Source: Candidatus Sericytochromatia bacterium | Lineage (GTDB): Bacteria; Cyanobacteriota; Sericytochromatia; S15B-MN24; JAQBPE01 | Direction: 5' to 3' | DNA length: 64,000 nucleotides | Assembly (NCBI GenBank): GCA_035285125.1 | Contig: JAYKHR010000048.1 | Location: 128,765-192,764, forward strand | Shown here: positions 54,537-62,925 of the stretch, piece after piece | How positions within the stretch are numbered: position 1 is the stretch's first letter | How the letters are laid out: every line of letters begins with the position of its first letter | The notes under the pieces: model-generated | Seen by the model: only the letters and a program-made list of their open reading frames with translations | Databases searched by the model: none | Told to the model about the DNA's origin: nothing | Program-made: the position numbers and the translations under genes

Positions 54537-54796
54537 ACCCTCGCATCGCCGCGCGCGTGGTGAACGGCGAGACGCTCATCCTGACCCCACACGACAGCGT
54601 GCTCCACACCCTGAACGGCGTGGCCACCCGCATCTGGGAGCTGCTGCGCGAGGCCGAGAGCCTGGGCGCCGTGGCGGGTGCCGTGGCGGAGGAGTATGAG
54701 GTCGGCCAAGACGAGGCGCTGGCGGACGTCGTCGAGCTGGTGGTCGCGATGCAGGCCTGCGGCATCCTCGAGCCAGGCGTCACGCCACAAGGCTGA
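54482..54796 (+). CDS. PqqD family RiPP recognition element (RRE)
   Basis: ARVVNGETLIL...LHTLNGVATRIWELL...AEEYEV...ADVVEL...GIL; AAGGAG SD. Confidence 0.9.
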   Translation: MGDTVGAPLGALTRPPALNPRIAARVVNGETLILTPHDSVLHTLNGVATRIWELLREAESLGAVAGAVAEEYEVGQDEALADVVELVVAMQACGILEPGVTPQG

Positions 54797-54805
54797 GGCC
54801 GTCCC

Positions 54806-55471
54806 TCAGAACTGCGATCTGAGCAGGCCGACCAGTTTTCCTTGCACGCGCAGCCTGTCGACGTACAGCGGCGCCATCGCGCTGTTCGCAGGCTGGAGCC
54901 GGAAGCGACCGCCCGGCTCGCGGTAGAGCCGCTTGAGGGTGGCCTCCCCGTCATCGAGCAAGGCAACGACAATCTCGCCGTCTCGGGCCGTCTCCTGCCG
55001 CTTGATGATGACGTAGTCGCCGTCCGCGATGTGGTCCTCGATCATCGAGTCACCCTTGACCCGCAGCACGTAGAGCTCTGGGCCGTTGAAGTGGGCCTCG
55101 AAGTCGAGGTACTCGTCGGCCTCGGCAATCGCCTCGATGGGACGGCCGGCCGCAATGCGCCCCACGATGGGCAACCCCCGCGAGGCCGCACGGTCCTCGG
55201 GGGCCTCGAAGGCGCCGCCCGAGAGAAGCTTGATGGCCCGGTTCTTGCCGCCCTCCCACTGGATGACCCCTCGCCGGGCCAGCGCCGTGAGATGGTAGTG
55301 CACCGTGGAGGTGGACCGCAGCCCCAGCGCCGCGCAGATCTCGCGGATCGAAGGGGCGTAGCCGTTCTCCCGCACGTGCCGCACGATGAACGCGTGGACC
55401 TCGTCCTGCCGGTTCGCACGGGCGCCGCCGCCCTCGGACTCCGGGGCCTCGAAGGGATCGATGGGGGGCAT
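54806..55471 (-). CDS. lexA: LexA repressor
   Basis: GYAPSIREI...STSTVHYHL HTH, IAAG cleavage site, GDSM serine and ATLKR lysine. Confidence 0.96.
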   Translation of the reverse strand: MPPIDPFEAPESEGGGARANRQDEVHAFIVRHVRENGYAPSIREICAALGLRSTSTVHYHLTALARRGVIQWEGGKNRAIKLLSGGAFEAPEDRAASRGLPIVGRIAAGRPIEAIAEADEYLDFEAHFNGPELYVLRVKGDSMIEDHIADGDYVIIKRQETARDGEIVVALLDDGEATLKRLYREPGGRFRLQPANSAMAPLYVDRLRVQGKLVGLLRSQF

Positions 55472-55517
55472 GGGGGGGTCTCCTGGCGGCAATCGGAACG
55501 AACCAGCCCGCAGCATA

Positions 55518-55529
55518 GAACAATTGTTC
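55518..55529. promoter_or_regulatory. LexA (SOS) box GAAC-AATT-GTTC
   Basis: Perfect palindrome 47 nt upstream of the lexA start; matches the GAAC-N4-GTTC consensus of Firmicutes/Actinobacteria. Confidence 0.85.
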
Positions 55530-55618
55530 CATCAAATCAAGGGGGCGGCTGCGCCTGCCGGCCCTGCGCCTGGGCTGGGTACAAGGCCTGTGACACGAGA
55601 CCTGAGGAGGGAGCCCCG

Positions 55619-56167
55619 TTGAAGCGCGCCTCGATCGCCCTGGCCCTGGCAGCCTGCCTGGCGCCGGGTTGCGGCTGGTACACGAACATTCCCGCCTCCG
55701 TATACGTGGCGGCCGTGAAGCCGGGGCGCCTGACCTACGAACCCCCGAACGCGCAGGGTGTGCGCGAGGTCAAGGCAGAGTTCCCAGTCGTCACGTTCCA
55801 CACCGAACCGGGCAGCATCGGCGTGAATTTCGAGATCTGCCGCGTGACCTACACGCCCACGTCCAACCTGCTGCCCAAGCAGGAGTTCGGCCTCAGCTTC
55901 CGCGTCGAGAGCGCGGGCTACCCGACGCAGCCCCGCACGGGCCGCATCGAGGAGGGCCAAGTAGGGCAGTTCGTCGACGTGGGCAAGGTCGAGATCGAGG
56001 TGCCCGTGCTCACCCGCCACGTCGAGGCCTACGGGCTGGACACCTCCACCAACGCCCCGATGATCACGGCCGTCACGGACTTCGTCGGCACGGACGACGC
56101 CAACTGGCAGATCCCCATCACCGCCCGCATCCCGATCTACTTCCTCGGCGGCCCCGGCGGTCGGTGA
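55619..56167 (+). CDS. Hypothetical lipoprotein
   Basis: GAGGAGG SD, TTG start, LAPGC lipobox, beta-rich body. Confidence 0.75.
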   Translation: MKRASIALALAACLAPGCGWYTNIPASVYVAAVKPGRLTYEPPNAQGVREVKAEFPVVTFHTEPGSIGVNFEICRVTYTPTSNLLPKQEFGLSFRVESAGYPTQPRTGRIEEGQVGQFVDVGKVEIEVPVLTRHVEAYGLDTSTNAPMITAVTDFVGTDDANWQIPITARIPIYFLGGPGGR

Positions 56168-56352
56168 GGCCCTTGGCACGCTGGCTCTGGGATCTCGTTC
56201 GGGACGAGGGGGGATCCGCCGCCGTCGAGTACGGCCTGCTGGCCGGTGCCTTCGTGCTCTGCCTCTTCGCCGCTGCGGCCACGCTCAAGGGGCTGCAAGC
56301 CGGCGCGTTTCGGGCCCAGCACGAGGGCCTCAAGCGCTGGCGAGCGCCCTGA
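56164..56352 (+). CDS. Divergent Flp-family pilin-like protein
   Basis: RDEGG^SAAVEYGLL prepilin motif plus hydrophobic helix. Confidence 0.75.
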   Translation: MRPLARWLWDLVRDEGGSAAVEYGLLAGAFVLCLFAAAATLKGLQAGAFRAQHEGLKRWRAP

Positions 56353-56363
56353 CCCCGCCAGCG

Positions 56364-56438
56364 CTTAGCCTGTTTTTAAACTGGATTTACCGCGAAGATC
56401 ACCTCTGCGAGGCAAGCCCCCTTCGGCCCGGGCGATAA
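56364..56438 (+). promoter_or_regulatory. 11-bp-period TTA repeats plus a sigma28-like promoter upstream of the flp genes
   Basis: TTAG/TTAA/TTAC at 56365, 56376 and 56387; GCAA-N15-GGCGATAA. Confidence 0.5.
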
Positions 56439-56513
56439 CCTTCTCAGGACGGAAGCTGGCGCAGCGAACGCGCCTTCCCCAAGAGAACGCCCCCCGCAGA
56501 GGAGATACCGACC

Positions 56514-56705
56514 ATGACCACCCTGACCAAGCTGATCCGGGACGAAGAAGGCCAGTCGCTCGTCGAGTACGGGCTGATCCTCGGCCTGGTGTCCGTCGCG
56601 CTGATCGCCGTGCTCGGCACGATGCGCACCGAGCTCGGCAAGATCTTCGACTCCGTCGCCAAGGCCTTGAAGACTGCCGCCACCAGCGTCAAGGGCACCA
56701 AGTAG
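56514..56705 (+). CDS. flp: Flp type IVb pilin
   Basis: RDEEG^QSLVEYGLILGLV. Confidence 0.93.
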   Translation: MTTLTKLIRDEEGQSLVEYGLILGLVSVALIAVLGTMRTELGKIFDSVAKALKTAATSVKGTK

Positions 56706-56728
56706 CGTCCGCCTGGAGGGTCACCGCG

Positions 56729-56911
56729 ATGTTGAACCGCCTGATGGCCGAGGAGGACGGGCAGAGCCTCGTCGAGTACGGCCTGATCCTGGGGCTCGTC
56801 TCGGTGGCGCTCATCGCCGTGCTTGGCACGGTGAAGGCCAACCTCGTGAACATCTTCATGGAGGTGGGCTCCGCGCTCCGGAAGGGTTCCGGCGCCGTGA
56901 AGGCCAACTGA
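56729..56911 (+). CDS. flp: Flp type IVb pilin (paralog)
   Basis: EEDG^QSLVEYGLILGLVSVALIAVLGT, identical helix to the upstream pilin. Confidence 0.93.
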   Translation: MLNRLMAEEDGQSLVEYGLILGLVSVALIAVLGTVKANLVNIFMEVGSALRKGSGAVKAN

Positions 56912-56925
56912 AGCAGCTCCGTCCC

Positions 56926-56961
56926 GAGGGGCCGGCCGCCCGGCCGGTCCCTCTTTCTTTT
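56926..56961 (+). terminator. Intrinsic terminator after the pilin genes
   Basis: gaggggccggccg-cc-cggccggtccctc followed by tttctttt. Confidence 0.85.
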
Positions 56962-57065
56962 CGACGCCGGCCACGCCGGGCCCACCGCCGTTTGGCAGGC
57001 CGCCGCGGCGGGCATGAAGGCCGTGTGGCGCGTCTCAACGCCACAGCAAGGGACCTCGTAAATCC

Positions 57066-57608
57066 GTGTCTCACGCCTGGCAATTCGGGCTGGTCGGCAT
57101 CCTGGCCGTGGCCCTGGTGACGGACCTCAAGGCCCGCAAGATCTACAACTGGTTGACCTTCCCGGGCATGGCCGCCGGGCTGCTGGTGAGCGGCTGGCTG
57201 GGGGGCCTGGCCGGGCTGCAGGGCAGCCTCGTGGGCTTGCTGGCCGGCAGCGCCGTGTTCCTGGTCGGCTTCCTGATGGGGCAGATGGGGGCGGGTGACG
57301 TGAAGCTGATGGCCGCCGTGGGCGCCTGGCTCGGCTGGCCGGCGGCGATCGCCGCCGTGCTTTACGTGGCCTTCATCGGCGGCGTCATTGCCATCGTGCT
57401 AGCAGCCCGGCACGGGACCTTGTTGCAGCTGTTCCGCAACGTGTACTGGTACTTCGTGGGGCTGGTGGTGCCCGGTGGCAAGGCGTCCGCCGCGCTGACG
57501 CGCAGCGCGGCGCCGGCCTTTCCCTACGGCGTATCCATCGTGGCCGGCGCCTGCTTGGCCCTGCTCTTCCCAGAGCCGCAGCAGCTCTTCGACCTGGTGA
57601 GGCGCTGA
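57066..57608 (+). CDS. cpaA: A24 prepilin peptidase (CpaA/TadV)
   Basis: TDLKARKIYNWLT, MGAGDVKL and FPYGVSI motifs. Confidence 0.92.
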   Translation: MSHAWQFGLVGILAVALVTDLKARKIYNWLTFPGMAAGLLVSGWLGGLAGLQGSLVGLLAGSAVFLVGFLMGQMGAGDVKLMAAVGAWLGWPAAIAAVLYVAFIGGVIAIVLAARHGTLLQLFRNVYWYFVGLVVPGGKASAALTRSAAPAFPYGVSIVAGACLALLFPEPQQLFDLVRR

Positions 57609-57611
57609 GCG

Positions 57612-58778
57612 ATGGGCGGCCCCCTGCCCGGCGCCGGGCTTCCCCGCGGTGAAGACGGCCAGGCCCTGGCCGAGTTCGCCCTCGTGCTGCCGATGCTGGC
57701 GCTGCTGACCTTCGGCACGATCGAGGTCGCCCTGTGGCTCCAGCAGCAGAGCAGCCTGAACGCCGCGGCATTCCTGGCCTCGCGCTCCGCCGCCGTGCTC
57801 GGGGGCGAGAGCGGGCGCACGCGCCAGGCCCTGCAGGGCTATGTGGAGGCCTCCCCGCCCTGGCTGGCGCGGGCGGTGGGCGGGATGAAGCTGGCCCGCG
57901 GGCAGGCCGCCGTGAGCCTGGAGGCCACCACGGACCGCTTCACGGGCCTCATCAGCGGGCTCTCCGGCGGGCAGACCAGGGGCTTCGACGTCCTCGCCGC
58001 GACGGCGGTGTCGCCTATGGAGTACGAGCCGGCCCGCCACGGCAACGCCCAGACGGGGCCCAAATCGCGCTTCCTGTTCGACTACCGCGTGGAGGCCACG
58101 GAGAAGGCCCTCGCGCCTGCCGCCGTGGCGAACGCCAGCAAGGCCATCGAGGCCGTCAAGAAGGCCGTCCGCGAGTCGATCCCGCTCGTCACGGTGGAGC
58201 CCCCGAAGCCGCCTGGCGGGGGGGGCAAGCCGGGAGGAGGCACCAAGCCGCCCGGCGGGGGGGGCGAGAAGCCCGGCGGGGGCGGCAAGCCGAGCGGCGG
58301 CGGGGGCAAGCCCCCCGCGAACGGCGGTGGAGCCGGCACCGTGCCGCCGATCGAGGTGCCGAACCTGAAGCCGATCGAGGCCCTGCGGCCCGATGGCGAG
58401 GCCTTCCAGCTGCGAGGGGCCGTGCCAGGCAACCCCCATGACCACGGCAAGGCCAACACGGGCAGCTACAGCAGCCTGTTCTACCTCGGGCCGCGGTTCG
58501 AGGCCGAGGGGGCTCGCCGTGCGCCCTGGACCAGCAAGGTCGTGGCAGAAGGCCTCAAGGCCCACGAGCAGAACGTCGCAGACGGGGGCGCAGGCCTGGC
58601 CCAGACGTGCGAGCAGGTGGCCCGCTTCGTGAAGGTGGCCGCGACCCACCCCGTGTACGCTCCCTACGTGCGCGGGTTCGAGCGGAAGGTGAAGCCCTGG
58701 ACCCAGGGCCTGACCAAGGGGCTGGCCACCGAGGCCAAGGCCCGCGACACGCGCGAGCGCGCGCTGTTCACCCGCTGA
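57612..58778 (+). CDS. Long TadE-family pseudopilin with a KPGGGG repeat linker
   Basis: EDG^QALAEFALVLP; six KP(P/S)GGG-like units at about 58205-58330. Confidence 0.82.
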   Translation: MGGPLPGAGLPRGEDGQALAEFALVLPMLALLTFGTIEVALWLQQQSSLNAAAFLASRSAAVLGGESGRTRQALQGYVEASPPWLARAVGGMKLARGQAAVSLEATTDRFTGLISGLSGGQTRGFDVLAATAVSPMEYEPARHGNAQTGPKSRFLFDYRVEATEKALAPAAVANASKAIEAVKKAVRESIPLVTVEPPKPPGGGGKPGGGTKPPGGGGEKPGGGGKPSGGGGKPPANGGGAGTVPPIEVPNLKPIEALRPDGEAFQLRGAVPGNPHDHGKANTGSYSSLFYLGPRFEAEGARRAPWTSKVVAEGLKAHEQNVADGGAGLAQTCEQVARFVKVAATHPVYAPYVRGFERKVKPWTQGLTKGLATEAKARDTRERALFTR

Positions 58779-59617
58779 TGCGCGGCCCCTCGGTGTGGCG
58801 GCGGCTCGCCGCGGAAGAGGACGGCCAGGCCCTGGTCTGGGGGGCCGGCGTGGTGGTGCTGACGATGGCGCTGTTCTACGGCGCCGTCGACATCGGCTTG
58901 CTCGTGCTGGGCAAGATCCAGTCGCAGACGGCGGCAGACTCGGCCGCGCTGGCGGCGACGGGCCTGAAGGCGGGGGTCCACAACACCCGCTCCCTGGCGT
59001 ACCGGGCCTCCAGCGGCCAGATCGCCCTGGCGCGCGCGCACCTCGTCCGCGCCACGGGGTTGGCCCTTCACGGGCTCGTCGAGCCCGGGGGCAACAACCG
59101 CAAGGCCTTCCGGGACGCCCTCGGCCGGGCCATTCACCACCGCGAAAACGTGGAGGCGCTGCACGCCGGAATTGTCGGGTTCAATGCGTGGGTCGCGCAG
59201 GCCGACGTCGGCCCCGCGGGCGTCAAGAAGGCGGCCGAGGCAGCCTACAGGGGCAACCTCGGCGTGCTGGGCACGATGGACACCACCAACCTCGCCCTGA
59301 TCCGACGCAGCGACGCGCTGGCGGAGTTCACCAACAGCGGGCTGATCGGGGGCACGGCCTTCCAGGAAGAGGCCATTGGGGACGGCGCCGGGGGCAAGAG
59401 TCACGTTCGGGTGGAGCCCAAGGTGAACGCGCTGGGCTCCGGGCTGCTGGGCTACGGGCGGCAGTCGATGATGGCCGCCGCCGCCACCGCCGGCCCCGTC
59501 GACGCCACCAAGGCCTACGGCGGCACCCTGGGAGCCCTCGATCCCAAGCGCGGCTACGGCGTTCACTGGTACACGGTTCGGCTGCTGAAGATCGGCGGAA
59601 AGGGGGAGCGCGAGTGA
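58778..59617 (+). CDS. TadG-like protein (Tad N-terminal domain)
   Basis: EEDG^QALV...AVDIG...QTAADSAALAA. Confidence 0.85.
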   Translation: MRGPSVWRRLAAEEDGQALVWGAGVVVLTMALFYGAVDIGLLVLGKIQSQTAADSAALAATGLKAGVHNTRSLAYRASSGQIALARAHLVRATGLALHGLVEPGGNNRKAFRDALGRAIHHRENVEALHAGIVGFNAWVAQADVGPAGVKKAAEAAYRGNLGVLGTMDTTNLALIRRSDALAEFTNSGLIGGTAFQEEAIGDGAGGKSHVRVEPKVNALGSGLLGYGRQSMMAAAATAGPVDATKAYGGTLGALDPKRGYGVHWYTVRLLKIGGKGERE

Positions 59618-60276
59618 CGCCCGGGGGCCGCCTGCTGGGGCGGGACGAGCAAGGCCAGGCCCTCGTCGAGTTCGCCCTCGTGCTGCCGATGCTCGTGCTG
59701 CTGCTGCTCGGCGTGGTGTTCTGCGGGGGCCTGGTGCTCTCCCAGCAGTCGCTGGCGGTGTCGGCCCGCCACGTGGCGCGGACGGTGGCGCTGGAGGCCA
59801 CCCGCAAGGGCCTCGAGGATCCGCGCGGCCGGGGCGGCCATGCGGACGAGGCCGTGGCGCGCCGGGCGTTGGCCCAGGTGGCTCCAGGCGCAAAGGCCGC
59901 CCTCGGGGGCGTGAGCTGGGGTGCCATCGGTGCGAGCGGGCGCGGCATGTCAGGGGCACTCGTGAAGCAGGGCACGATCTCGCTCGGGCCCGCGCTGGGC
60001 AACGCCCGCTGCGGCGTGGGCGTGGCGCTCTACGGCGTGACCGTCAAGCGGGACCTCAGCCGCGACATGGCGCCCGTGGGGCGGGCCGCGGCAGGCCTCA
60101 CGCCGGGAGGGGGCCTCACCAACATGCTGGCGCCGTCGCTCTCCGCCACCGCCGTCATGCCTGCGGAGCTCCCCATCCGCGGCCGGGGAGGGGGCGGCGT
60201 GCCAGGTCTGCTTGAGCTCAACCCTTGGATCGGCAAGGTCGTGCAGCGCCCCTACCGGGCCAGGAGCTTCGATTGA
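59614..60276 (+). CDS. TadE-family pseudopilin
   Basis: DEQG^QALVEFALVLPMLVLLLLG...SARHVAR. Confidence 0.85.
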   Translation: MTPGGRLLGRDEQGQALVEFALVLPMLVLLLLGVVFCGGLVLSQQSLAVSARHVARTVALEATRKGLEDPRGRGGHADEAVARRALAQVAPGAKAALGGVSWGAIGASGRGMSGALVKQGTISLGPALGNARCGVGVALYGVTVKRDLSRDMAPVGRAAAGLTPGGGLTNMLAPSLSATAVMPAELPIRGRGGGGVPGLLELNPWIGKVVQRPYRARSFD

Positions 60277-60689
60277 GGGCGGGGGCGATCGCGCTGGCGG
60301 CATGCGCGGCGGGCCTCTTCGCCTGGGGTGGCGGCGCCGTGGCGGCGCCCGCGACCGGGGCGCTGTGGGGCGCCGTGCCCGCCTACCCGGGGGCCTCCCG
60401 GCCGCTGCCGGGCTGGGAGGGGCCCCGCCTGGCGATCGCCCTGACGCCGGATCCGCCCCCAGCCGTGATAGCCTACTACGTCGCGCAGCTGGCCGCGTCA
60501 GGCTGGCGCATCTCACCGACGGCCACGGCGGAGGCCCTCGCCGCGGCGGAGGCCCGGGCCCCAGCCTGGCTACTTTTCACGCATCCCGAGCGCGGCCGCG
60601 TCGATATACAAATCAGCGCCGGCCCCCACCCCCGGACCGGCCAGCCCGTGACGCTGATCTTCTACGAGCGCGGCGTGTTGCAACCCTGA
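60273..60689 (+). CDS. Hypothetical exported protein within the tad operon
   Basis: Signal-like N-terminus; VPAYPGA...VIAYY..QL...GW pattern; TTG overlaps the upstream stop. Confidence 0.6.
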   Translation: MRAGAIALAACAAGLFAWGGGAVAAPATGALWGAVPAYPGASRPLPGWEGPRLAIALTPDPPPAVIAYYVAQLAASGWRISPTATAEALAAAEARAPAWLLFTHPERGRVDIQISAGPHPRTGQPVTLIFYERGVLQP

Positions 60690-60699
60690 GGACCCTGCG

Positions 60700-61788
60700 A
60701 TGAACCTCCGTGACAAGCTCCGCTCGGGCGGCGGCCCCGACCCCCTGGAGGGCGCCGACGAGGCGTCCCTGGAGGCCGAGGCGCCCAGGGCCGTCGGCGG
60801 CGCGGGGCCCCGGCTGGACGTGAACCGCCGCTTTCTGCTGCTGGCAGCGGCGGCGGCCTTCCTGACGGCCGTGGTGGGGGTGGCCTACCTCAACAAGTCG
60901 GCAGCGGGGCTGAGCGAAGGCGGCACCAAGGTGGAGGTCGTGGTCCTCGCGGAGGACGTCTCACGTGGCGCGCCGCTCTCGGATGATCGCCTGACCACCG
61001 CCACCATCCCCCGCGCCTACCTCCCCAAGGGGGTCATCGAGGCTGGTGAGGACGGCAAGGGGCTGGAGCAGGCCAAGGGTATGGTGGCGCTGGCCCCCAT
61101 GGTGGCAGGCGAGCCGCTGGTCGCGGTGCGCGTGGGCCCTCCGGACCGCAAGCTGGGCATCGCCTACCTGCTGCGACGCGGGGAGCGGGCGAAGACCATC
61201 AGCGTGGACTCGGCCTCCGGCCTGGCCGGGCTCATCAAGCCAGGCAACGAGGTGGACCTGATCGCGACGATCCCCGACCCCAACAACGACAACAGGCGCA
61301 TCGGGACGCCCGTGCTGCAGCGAGCCCGCGTGATTGCCGTGGGCGACCACCTGCTCGGCGAGGTCCGCAACGAGGAGGAGACCCGCGACGAAAGCGGGGG
61401 GATCGCCTCCGACAGCACGGTGACCCTGGCCGTGCCAGCCGCCAAGATCGGCGTGCTGACGCTGCTGGAGGACCTCGGCAACCTGAAGGTGGTGCTGCGG
61501 GCCGAGGACGACGACACGGTTCAGAAGGCCCAGTTCAGCGACGACGCCGTCATGGCGCTCGTGTCGGGCCGGATGCCGTCGCGCGTCGCGCCCCGCCAGG
61601 CTTCGCCGCCCCAAGCCGCCCCGCGCCCCCGTGTGATTGTCCGCCACGTGGCGCCCAGCCCCGCGCCGCCCCGCCCGCGGTCCGTGACGAGGCCCCAGCC
61701 CCCGCGGCCCGCCACACGGCCGGCGGGTGGCCCCTCGCAGCCGCGGCAGCCACAGGTGATCCGGTTCGGCGGCAGCGGCGGCGAGTGA
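60700..61788 (+). CDS. cpaB: Flp pilus assembly protein CpaB/RcpC
   Basis: TM segment; SAF domain VVVLAEDV..G; GLAGLIKPGNEVDLI and VTLAV motifs. Confidence 0.9.
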   Translation: MNLRDKLRSGGGPDPLEGADEASLEAEAPRAVGGAGPRLDVNRRFLLLAAAAAFLTAVVGVAYLNKSAAGLSEGGTKVEVVVLAEDVSRGAPLSDDRLTTATIPRAYLPKGVIEAGEDGKGLEQAKGMVALAPMVAGEPLVAVRVGPPDRKLGIAYLLRRGERAKTISVDSASGLAGLIKPGNEVDLIATIPDPNNDNRRIGTPVLQRARVIAVGDHLLGEVRNEEETRDESGGIASDSTVTLAVPAAKIGVLTLLEDLGNLKVVLRAEDDDTVQKAQFSDDAVMALVSGRMPSRVAPRQASPPQAAPRPRVIVRHVAPSPAPPRPRSVTRPQPPRPATRPAGGPSQPRQPQVIRFGGSGGE

Positions 61789-61860
61789 AGGCCCGGGCAT
61801 ACGGGGACCCGAGGCGGGTATAACGAGGCTGGCTTCCAACCCCCGGAAAGAGGCGCCCCG

Positions 61861-62925
61861 TTGAACCTGCGGACCCCCAAGCCCCTTGCAGCGCTTGCCA
61901 CGCGCCTCGCCATCGCCACGGCCGGGCTCTCCGCAGCCTCGGGCCTGCTGGCGCCGCCCGCGCTCGCGCTGCGCCCCGACATCTCGATCCCACTCGGGCA
62001 GACCACCATCGTCACGGCGCCGGACGGCGTCGACCGCCTCGTCGTCGGCGACTCGAACATCGCTGACGTCGTCGCCTTGCCGGGCGGCCGGGAGATCCTC
62101 GTGAACGCCAAGAAGGTGGGGTTCACGAACTTCCTGGTGTTCCCGGCCCGCGGCCCGGTGCGGCCCTACCGGCTGGAGGTCATCGCCACAGCCCGGGACG
62201 AGTCCATCGCCGTGCGCGTGCAGGTGCTGGAGGTGACGAACCGCAAGACCGGAACGGTCGGCGTCCGCTGGAACGACAGCGTCGGGCTCGTTGAGGCTGC
62301 ACCCAACGCCCCGTTCCGCTTCGGCCTGCCCATGCGCGCCGACCTGCTGAAGGCCACGCTCAATACGCTCGCCCAGGAGCGCGACATCCGCGTGCTGGCG
62401 CAGCCCACGCTGGTGATCCAGAATGGCAAGAAGGGCGAGTTCCTGGCGGGTGGGCAGCTGCCCGTCCCGTTGCTGCAGGCCACAGCGGGCGGCGCGACCT
62501 ACACCGTCGACTGGAAGGAGTACGGCGTGAAGCTCGAGGTCCAGCCGCGGCTGGAGGGCAACGACGGCATCGCGCTGGCGCTGCGCCCCGAGTACAGCAC
62601 GATCGACATGGAGAACGCCGTCCAGCTCCGGGACATCAACGTCCCAGGCCTGGCGACGCGCTGGGCCAAGACGGAGGTCCAGGTGAACTCGGGAGAGAGC
62701 CTCGTGATTGCCGGCTTGCTCCGCAACGAGAAGTTCCGCACGGGCAGCAAGCTGCCCTGGCTGGGAGACGTGCCCGTGCTCGGCTACCTGTTCGGGGCCG
62801 CCGAGTACGACGAACGCGTGAGCGAGCTGGTCTTCATCGTCACACCCTCGATCGTGAGCCGCAACGTGGTCAAGCCCGAGTCGGACTACGGCAAGGGCAC
62901 GCCGGGCGCCTTCCCCAAGCCATGA
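61861..62925 (+). CDS. cpaC: Secretin CpaC/RcpA
   Basis: VGDSNIADV pilus-formation N-domain; LAQPTL, FLAGG, KEYGVKL, KLPWLGDVPVLGYLF and ELVFIVTP motifs. Confidence 0.9.
   Translation: MNLRTPKPLAALATRLAIATAGLSAASGLLAPPALALRPDISIPLGQTTIVTAPDGVDRLVVGDSNIADVVALPGGREILVNAKKVGFTNFLVFPARGPVRPYRLEVIATARDESIAVRVQVLEVTNRKTGTVGVRWNDSVGLVEAAPNAPFRFGLPMRADLLKATLNTLAQERDIRVLAQPTLVIQNGKKGEFLAGGQLPVPLLQATAGGATYTVDWKEYGVKLEVQPRLEGNDGIALALRPEYSTIDMENAVQLRDINVPGLATRWAKTEVQVNSGESLVIAGLLRNEKFRTGSKLPWLGDVPVLGYLFGAAEYDERVSELVFIVTPSIVSRNVVKPESDYGKGTPGAFPKP

Noticed and set aside
56540..56830. Direct repeat suggesting a mobile element
   Set aside because: Explained by tandem flp paralogs with synonymous divergence.
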